Source: Schizochytrium sp. TIO01 (taxonomy: Eukaryota > Protista > Bigyra: Labyrinthulomycetes). From it: 64,000 nt of DNA. The position numbers were made by a program, and so were the translations under genes. The notes below the pieces were generated by a model. The model searched no databases and was not told the DNA's origin. It worked only from the letters and a program-made list of their open reading frames with translations. Positions 57,016-64,000 of this stretch are shown here, piece by piece. Location of the stretch: the NCBI GenBank assembly GCA_004764695.1, contig SMSO01000034.1, forward strand, positions 1,426,001-1,490,000, in the 5' to 3' direction. Every line of letters starts with the position of its first letter. Within the stretch, counting starts at the first letter, position 1.

Positions 57016-57684
57016 ATGAGGTTCCGCATCTGTGGAGGCCTCGATGCACCCGACTGGGTGCTTGCGCAAACGGCGGAGCTCAACGCTCTGCCCGAAGACG
57101 AGGTGAGGAAGCTCGCTGCAGAGTCGGCCAGGATGATATTAAAGTCCTCGCAAAGGTTTGAAGAGCATCAAGGCGGCGACCCAGAAGATGCGCAGGAAGA
57201 TGCAAAAGTAGGAACCTTGGATGACCAAACTGAAGTTGTTGTTGATAAATCTTCGAGTGGTTCTTCCTTAAATGATGCTGCGGTGAAGTCAGAGTTGCAA
57301 GGTGTCCATCGAAGTGCCACGCAAGGACTTGTTGATTTTATTGTGGAAAGCAGCTGCAAGTACAGCGTGTGTGGACAAACACTCGTTAATGAACTGACGC
57401 AACTCGGTTTGAGTAACCAGGCAGCAATAAAATTGGACGATGTAATCCAGGAACAATGGACTGCCCTACAACGCGGACTTCGCCTTTCCATTTTGAGAAT
57501 CGCAAGACCTGCACCAAGAGAGCCCGTCCGCTCAGAAGTTTTGGTAGAAGACCGCTCCGTAAAGGTCTCCATTCCTGTGGATAGTCAGGAACCCATTACA
57601 TTTTCAGCCTCACAAGCAAAACTAGCGCTTCTTGTAGAGGAACTCTCCCATGCCGTGAACACCGCTGCAAGGTTTGCGCGTTGA
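57016..57684 (+). CDS. COMMD4: COMM-domain protein 4 (Commander complex)
   Basis: N-terminus MRFRICGGLDAPDWVLAQ matches COMMD4 MRFRFCGDLDCPDWVLAE; also ELTQLGL and C-terminal KLALLVEEL. Confidence 0.85.
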   Translation: MRFRICGGLDAPDWVLAQTAELNALPEDEVRKLAAESARMILKSSQRFEEHQGGDPEDAQEDAKVGTLDDQTEVVVDKSSSGSSLNDAAVKSELQGVHRSATQGLVDFIVESSCKYSVCGQTLVNELTQLGLSNQAAIKLDDVIQEQWTALQRGLRLSILRIARPAPREPVRSEVLVEDRSVKVSIPVDSQEPITFSASQAKLALLVEELSHAVNTAARFAR

Positions 57685-58007
57685 GTCTTGTACAGACTAA
57701 ACATTTCCCTCACAAAGTAGTTACTTGGGACATGATAGATATGCACGAGGACGACCACTCTGCCACTGCGCTACAATAGATTATAAGGAACTTGGGACAA
57801 GCAGAAGAAGGGAGTAAGGGGACATAATCTTTGTGTCCCGTGGTGTCAAGGTGAAACGGACATTTTCGGGGAGGGACCATCCATGTACCTGGAATTCGCC
57901 ACGAAAGCCCATTATGTGGTCACAAGTATGGGTACGGGAAAGAAGTTTTTGTGATGTGCAGCAGTTCCAGAAGCTGGACATCCGACAACGTCGCTTTGAA
58001 GTTCCAC

Positions 58008-60098
58008 ATGGATGTACAAGATTTAGACGTGCATGATGACAAGAATGGAAACCGAGGAATAGCAACCGCAGCCCTAAGCCTTGAGATTGCTGCGCATCGA
58101 GGTTTTGATATTTGGCGTGGCTTCCCGGACGAAAGTTTAAGCACGCTTAGTGCTTTAAGATTACGTAGGCTATACTGGCGTTGGCAGATACAGTTTATTC
58201 TTCGTGCCTGTGCTTGGTGCCTGCTCTTACTGGGAGGTTGGGATGGATTGTATTTATGCACCCCACGGTCTTCTTTCGCAGAAACATGTTCACTACAACA
58301 TGCCACAAAGGGAGTCCAAGCTGCCGAAGTTCTTTCGCTAGTTCCTTTATTTATAGCATATGTTATCCAGGTTCTTTATAAAGGTGGGAATATCATTCAC
58401 CAAGACAAGTGGTTCCTCTTTACAGGAATTTCTTTGGTTGTATGTTTGTTGTCTCTCTTTGTGCATATCGTTGTACTTTCCATGTTGACAAGTGATGAAA
58501 GTCAGCGAGCTATCGCAGCACAGGTTTCATGGGTCTCGCGAGCCGTTCTTCGTCCAGTACCACTTTTGCATATTTCCCCGGATGTACGGCGCTCCATGAT
58601 GAACTTGCTCCTTTTGGTGCCCCATACTTTGGGTGTATTTTTTGTGGTCATTATTCTCACATTTGTGTTTGGATTGTTTGGTAGAATCATCGTGCTAGAT
58701 TCGGTAGTGCCTGGTAGCGACTTTGGACTTGAGGGAAATGGATTTGATTCTTTATACAACAGTCTTGTGACCGTATTCTGGTGGGGATTCGGTGGCAATG
58801 GTCCTGAACCTGGAGATCAAAGCGGGGAGCCTGGGTACAAAGCTGGGAATTTCTGGGCCTTCTATTGGGTTATCTACACTGTATTGCAGATGTTTTATGT
58901 AATTCAGGTCGTCTTAGCTTTTGTATTTGACAAATATTGCAGTTGGGCTTCTCAGGATGTTGCTCGAGAATCTGCTTTCAGGCAACGTGAAGCCTGTATA
59001 TTGTTAGAATTTTTGAGGGTGTCGATCGAGGGGTCAGATAGTAAAATTTCACAAGATCATTTGAATGCTCTAAACCTAGGTATGCAAAGTTTTCATCATT
59101 TTGGATTTTATCCTTTTGAGTTGGAGATAGAGACCTGTGACGACCCCGCATCGTATGTTAATTTGATTGTCACAAATAAGAAACCGTATGTGTCGCGGCG
59201 AGCTTCTAATATAATGCGGTTATTACGATGGGTTTTAGAAAACCGTTTGAGTATGGTGATCTACCGCGTCTCGGCATGTCTCAACGCAGCATTACTTCTT
59301 ATTTCACATGAAAATAATGGGGACTTATCAGTCATTGGAGCTAGCAAACCAGCAGCTGATGCGTTCTTGTTGATCTTTGCTCTTGCATTTCTGTGCGACC
59401 TAATTATTGCTCTATTGGTCTATGGAACATATCCTCGTCCATTTCCACTACGAGACAGCCCTGCACTTATGAGATATATAATCACTTCAATTGCGCTTGG
59501 TATTACGCTTATTCACGCGTGTTTTCGCACTGAAGTGCGCTTACGATCTTTGCATCTCGAGTTTCACTCACTGCTGTTGTTACAGGTACTTGATGCAGTC
59601 CGGATTGTCCCTTCGGTTGATCTCTCAATCCGTATATTGGCTCGTGTTGCTCCAGCAATGAGGAGTTTGATTTTAGCACTACTCTGTGCCATGTACTCCT
59701 GGTCAGTAATTGGTGTAGCTATCCACCAAGGTCAGCTTGTTCGAACCAATGTTGATCTTCAGGACAATTCAAGTGGGACACTTTTCACGATGAACTTTAA
59801 CTCCGTCTTTGGCGGAGTCTATACACTCTTTATGGCCATTTATGGAAACAACATACAGCAGTTTACGGCACAATTTTACATAACTGCAGGGGCCCTTGGA
59901 GTGGGCCATTTCCTTCTTTTTTATCTATGGGGAACCCTTGTTGCAGCCAATGTAGTTGTGTCAGCACTCTTAGATGTTCACCAATCGATAATGGAGGAAA
60001 ATAAGGATGTTAAGACAGATCCATCGTCCTCATTATCCGGGGCTATGGTATTTCCTGAGCCTGAGAAGGAATCAATATTGTCTAAAGAGAAGAAATAA
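58008..60098 (+). CDS. Divergent two-pore channel (TPC)-like cation channel
   Basis: Two multi-TM halves; SRAVLRPVPLL (S4-I); pore helices FDSLYNSLVTVF..GN.PE and MNFNSVFGGVYTLF...GNN; S6 ends VLAFVFDKY and NVVVSALLD. First ATG 58008. Confidence 0.75.
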   Translation: MDVQDLDVHDDKNGNRGIATAALSLEIAAHRGFDIWRGFPDESLSTLSALRLRRLYWRWQIQFILRACAWCLLLLGGWDGLYLCTPRSSFAETCSLQHATKGVQAAEVLSLVPLFIAYVIQVLYKGGNIIHQDKWFLFTGISLVVCLLSLFVHIVVLSMLTSDESQRAIAAQVSWVSRAVLRPVPLLHISPDVRRSMMNLLLLVPHTLGVFFVVIILTFVFGLFGRIIVLDSVVPGSDFGLEGNGFDSLYNSLVTVFWWGFGGNGPEPGDQSGEPGYKAGNFWAFYWVIYTVLQMFYVIQVVLAFVFDKYCSWASQDVARESAFRQREACILLEFLRVSIEGSDSKISQDHLNALNLGMQSFHHFGFYPFELEIETCDDPASYVNLIVTNKKPYVSRRASNIMRLLRWVLENRLSMVIYRVSACLNAALLLISHENNGDLSVIGASKPAADAFLLIFALAFLCDLIIALLVYGTYPRPFPLRDSPALMRYIITSIALGITLIHACFRTEVRLRSLHLEFHSLLLLQVLDAVRIVPSVDLSIRILARVAPAMRSLILALLCAMYSWSVIGVAIHQGQLVRTNVDLQDNSSGTLFTMNFNSVFGGVYTLFMAIYGNNIQQFTAQFYITAGALGVGHFLLFYLWGTLVAANVVVSALLDVHQSIMEENKDVKTDPSSSLSGAMVFPEPEKESILSKEKK

Positions 60099-60820
60099 AT
60101 GAATGAATGAAAAATGTATGAATATGTGTAGTACTGTTCTGTTCGGTTTGTCTCGGTTGTTTGTGATGGAGTCCCTTATCTATTTATCTATTTATCTGTT
60201 TGCATGTTTGTTCAGTTGCCCGCCGGTCTCAAGGTCTGCATAGCTTATGTCTTTAATATAGGTCATCATCAGTACCAACCTTGCAAAACATCTAAAGGAG
60301 CTAAATGCGCTCTAAACCTTTAGGATTTTCGTAAGAAGATATCACCAAGGCTATGCAGCAGCGCAGCACAATCCAAAGAAAACCATATCTTGCCTACGCC
60401 CCTCTATTTCTTTGTGAAATATGAAACGAACAATTTTATGTGGATTGTACCTCGGTGTGCGTGAATGGAAACAGGCAACTAGTGTAAATCCATTAACGCC
60501 ACCATCAAAGTCTGTACTCCAGCGCCACCTCCTAATACTAGAGAGGAGACATTCGCGAATCTTAGAGACCACGGCGGTGTACATCCCACCTCACAGAAGG
60601 GCGTGTGCATCTCACAGAATGTTTTTGAGCTGATCTTCATGCACAACCCACTGCCACACGAAGACATAAAGGGAAAGGAAAACAGTGGAAATATAAACCC
60701 ATATTGAAGAGACATAGATATATAGAAAATATATATCCTCCACATTGATCGACGATTCACGGGATCGCCAAGATCCTCGTTTCCAAGATCCTCGTTATAG
60801 AAAATACAAGTGTGGTATAT

Positions 60821-61363
60821 CTAGCGCCGGTATCCGCCTCCATTTCCCCGATCGTGACGCCCCCCCGAGCGATCATAGCGTCCACCGCCAGATCTGCCTC
60901 CTCGGCCTCGATCTCTGTCTCGATCGCGGTCTCGATCTCCTCCGCCGCCACCCCGGCGATTGGAAGGTTGTTGTTGATCTTGTTGCTGGTCTTGATCTTT
61001 GGAAGACCCGGGAGCAAGCAATCCAGTGCGTTCCGTGCCTGCTCCTTGAGGAATGTACCTCCGTTTAGAGGTCTTGAACTTGAGTACACGCTTAAACATT
61101 GGGCTATGCGCGAGGACGTCGGGTAAGATGACCATCTTGATCATGCTACCACGCATATACATGCGCTCAAGCTTGACAACCTCGCCGTCAGCGTCGGTGC
61201 GACGCACATTTTTCATGTGAAGGTTCATCATGTCATCTGTCTGATCAAGGAAGCCGCAGTACAGGTCGCCGTGCACGCTCTCCACCGTCACCATCACGCC
61301 CTCAGCATCATATAGAAGTGCGAGTGGGATGCCAATGCTGGCGCCCTGACCGGTGACCGCCAT
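60821..61363 (-). CDS. SNRPD3: Small nuclear ribonucleoprotein Sm D3
   Basis: SIGIPLALLYDAEGVMVTVE...GDLY.G...MN...LERMYMRGSMIKMVILPDVLAHSPMFK, with an RG/RD-rich tail. ATG 61363. Confidence 0.92.
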   Translation of the reverse strand: MAVTGQGASIGIPLALLYDAEGVMVTVESVHGDLYCGFLDQTDDMMNLHMKNVRRTDADGEVVKLERMYMRGSMIKMVILPDVLAHSPMFKRVLKFKTSKRRYIPQGAGTERTGLLAPGSSKDQDQQQDQQQPSNRRGGGGGDRDRDRDRDRGRGGRSGGGRYDRSGGRHDRGNGGGYRR

Positions 61364-61878
61364 GTCGCTGACAAGCGAGAGAAAGAGAGGGACGCGGAGG
61401 CCTGAGGACGCTAGGAAAGCGCCAACTCGCACCGGGGAGACCGCGGCGAAAGAGCGAAGAGAGGTTTTGCTTGCTTGCTCCTGTTTGTTGTTTATCCTAA
61501 TTTATGGCTATCTATGAAATACTGTTAGGATAAAAAATGGTGTACCAAAGATGGTATACCCACATATATTTAAGAAACAGGGAATATGCACATACTACTG
61601 TAAAGCAACGAAATGCCAGTGAAGGCTAGATACATTTATGTTTTGGTGTGAAAGTAATGAAGCGTGAAATCAAAATTTGGCGTTAGTTTTGTTGAAGTTT
61701 TTAATTATAAGAATTCATCCTAATAGCTGGAATTAATCTAGGAGTTCGAAAAACAGGCGAGTCACCCTGAACTAAGGCATCCTGCAAATGCGAGCAAAGT
61801 CACAATGACACAATCATTTGTGAGAATGAAATGAAACATTCAAGAAAGGCAAGAAGTAATAATACAGTCTGAAATTGA

Positions 61879-63396
61879 TCAGTTTAAAATGCGATACATT
61901 AGCCGCGTAGCGTAATCAATGCTTGCCTGCTTAGATACCAAATCGTCCAGGACTAGGCGAGGAAGACTAGAACAAGAAGAAGAAGAAGAAGAGGCGGGAG
62001 ACGGCAGTTCATAATAAGTCATTGCACGGAACGCACGTGCCCAAGCTTCGAATACGATACCACTCACAGGGTCTTTGCACGAGTACGCATGAATTTGAAG
62101 CATATCTGCAAGTTTTTGCTCAGTCTCCCCAGCACCAGGTAAAACCATTGGTGTATACAATACATTGCGAATTCGATGCACAGAACTCCAATATCGTCGT
62201 TCCATATCTTCCAAGAGGGCATCAACTGGTGAAGTAAAAAGAACACTCACTGGTACCTGCTCGTGAGATATCAACGTCTCAGACCTTAAAGAGTCACTTT
62301 TATCCTCCTCAATATGAAAGAAATGAGCTCCTTTGCCAGATGGTTCGCCCCACGAGCGTGGAGAGATACTTTTAACATTAGCACGGAAGATTGGGGCTGT
62401 TTCTGAATATGCTAGTAACTGCTCCAGGTCTGTAAAAATATGCGTTTGAAACATTCGCATAAGGCCCTCCAGCTGTCGAATCTGTGCGTGTGAAAGGATA
62501 AGTATATCCGACCCCGCAGAGAAAACAATCTCGTCATCCACTGAGCCTGAGCAGACAACAAGATCCACCTGGGCATTTCTTAAGCTTGACAGAATACGAT
62601 TTACACGATGTGTGGTAAGTGGTGCATTCGATTGAAATAGTGCCGGTCCAACGGTAGCAACGAGTTGAGGATCCAATCGGGCAGCTTGGTGTGATCCAAG
62701 GTCTGCAGAACGAAGTGAAAGACTGTTCCTAAGCAAAGCAATTCGACGAATCTTAAAAGGCCCGCCGCGATCAATCCAAGTCTGTACTGTGGCCTGATTA
62801 GAAGGTAAAAGCAGGCCTGGAAAGACGTGTACATTTCTAGTAAATCCAGATTTCACTCTGTGAAGCAAAATTGCTCCAGTATCACAAAACCCGTTGTCTA
62901 AGCTGAGACGACGTACAGTCTTGACAGCTGCATCGTGCACACTGTCTTCATCAGGACCATGTCGAAGTGCTTCTAAACTGGTTGGGTCATCAAGCACGTT
63001 CTTGCAATTCTTGGCAAGTTTCTCTAATAGAAACGCAAGCACAATGCTCGCTACTTCGTGATTAGACTGCGCAATGCGAGAAGGTGCTATTGAATATGTA
63101 TGCCTCACATATGATATTTGAGTGCACAGCTCCCTAATTAATGCAAGCATAGAAGATACTCCACAACCACATTGTTGACGATGGTCAGTGCAAGCCCGAT
63201 AGAGCAGATCTCCGGCACGAGTTGACGCACATGTAACTTGAAGAACCTCAAGCGGATCAGCCGTGAGGCTTGAATTCAATGTTTTTGGATCGACGACAGC
63301 TTTCCAGCACCTATGCGGCCCATAAAAGCCACGACATGCTTCACATAAGGCTCGAATTTGGACAAGTGTGAAATCAGTTTTGCTCGACGGGTTCAT
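61879..63396 (-). CDS. BBS12: Chaperonin-like BBSome assembly protein, BBS12-like
   Basis: RGFYGP...K, GCGVSS in place of GDGTT, VDLVVCSG, VSVLFTSPV...ERRYWSSVHRI...VLPGAGETE, VLDDLVSK. These parallel recalled BBS12 motifs (VTVLLTSP..EDRFWTC.YRL...VFLGGGA.E). Confidence 0.7.
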   Translation of the reverse strand: MNPSSKTDFTLVQIRALCEACRGFYGPHRCWKAVVDPKTLNSSLTADPLEVLQVTCASTRAGDLLYRACTDHRQQCGCGVSSMLALIRELCTQISYVRHTYSIAPSRIAQSNHEVASIVLAFLLEKLAKNCKNVLDDPTSLEALRHGPDEDSVHDAAVKTVRRLSLDNGFCDTGAILLHRVKSGFTRNVHVFPGLLLPSNQATVQTWIDRGGPFKIRRIALLRNSLSLRSADLGSHQAARLDPQLVATVGPALFQSNAPLTTHRVNRILSSLRNAQVDLVVCSGSVDDEIVFSAGSDILILSHAQIRQLEGLMRMFQTHIFTDLEQLLAYSETAPIFRANVKSISPRSWGEPSGKGAHFFHIEEDKSDSLRSETLISHEQVPVSVLFTSPVDALLEDMERRYWSSVHRIRNVLYTPMVLPGAGETEQKLADMLQIHAYSCKDPVSGIVFEAWARAFRAMTYYELPSPASSSSSSCSSLPRLVLDDLVSKQASIDYATRLMYRILN

Positions 63397-63476
63397 CTCA
63401 GAGCTTGCGTGTATAGAATTGAAATTCTGATTTGCTGGCGACCGTGAACAAAACTGATAGCGCAGAGCACTATGAC

Positions 63477-63677
63477 TTATTCTTTAAACCACGACTGAAT
63501 GGGTTGTACCACCGATTCCGTTGCGCGGTCTTGTTTTTCCTTGGCCTTGCTGATGGCCACAGCCGTGGTCTCCAAAGTTCTCGACAGTTTGTCGATGCGG
63601 GCACGCACCGCTGCGAGCGAGACAAGGGCAGTCGAGGCTTCCTCTGCCGTGAGCTGGGCGTCACCACTCGAGCTCAT
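63477..63677 (-). CDS. Small coiled-coil protein (about 66 aa; ORF extends to 63755)
   Basis: GC-rich coding-like segment MSSSGDAQLTAEEAS...IQSWFKE with amphipathic heptads; no family recognised. Confidence 0.5.
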   Translation of the reverse strand: MSSSGDAQLTAEEASTALVSLAAVRARIDKLSRTLETTAVAISKAKEKQDRATESVVQPIQSWFKE

Positions 63678-64000
63678 TGCCAATTTCTGCGAGCTCCAGC
63701 CTTGCTTGACCCGTAATGAAAGCTGCAATAACTGTTCTGGGTGAATGAGAGTCATCGTTGGAATCTATTGCTCTCTAGAGATGTAAAACCATTTTTTTCT
63801 AATTTGCCATTTACTTTTCGAGCAGCTCATTTATTCTTTTACTCCTAATTAATGCACCTTTATTTTAAAGGCTGCATCATTGAAAAGTCGCGAAGTCGAG
63901 CCAAAGACACAGAGTCCGAGCGAGACCTGTGCGTATGCAAGCGAAAACATCATTGTTAACCTTTTTCGTGTAACAATTTCTCAAAAAAAAAATTAAAATC

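Noticed and set aside
1-64000. tRNA, rRNA or snRNA genes
   Set aside because: No cloverleaf with T-loop/D-loop consensus or rRNA-like segment noticed; tRNAscan-SE/Infernal would be needed to exclude them formally.

Overview
Eukaryotic nuclear DNA: mostly intronless, moderately GC-rich CDSs separated by AT-rich, microsatellite-laden spacers, with short GT(A/G)(A/C)GT...CTAAC...YAG introns in one gene. Gene content and style suggest a flagellated protist, probably a stramenopile such as a thraustochytrid (inference only). About 20 protein-coding genes are supported. Housekeeping: PNPO/pdxH, a second PNPOx-like flavoprotein, HIS1/hisG, SmD3, COMMD4, a Coa1-like protein, an arylsulfatase, a CCR/DFR-like reductase, a BBS12-like chaperonin and a divergent two-pore channel. 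The most interesting items are: (1) an RI/NLR-type LRR gene missed by the ORF track, with 12 phase-2 introns, one 84-nt exon per repeat and a 15-nt microexon; (2) a TIR/HET-like-TPR gene and a membrane-anchored CHAT/caspase-like gene 3.3 kb apart that share an upstream 13-mer, a candidate protist immune/cell-death module; (3) a mitochondrial TMEM65 fused to a cNMP-type GAF domain; (4) a 4035-aa single-ORF BLTP2/Hobbit lipid bridge carrying two RanBP2-type zinc fingers and a PH domain; (5) a recurring TAGG/TACCTA intergenic motif family. I saw no rRNA, tRNA, CRISPR array or intact transposon. All family calls come from motif recognition by eye, not database searches.
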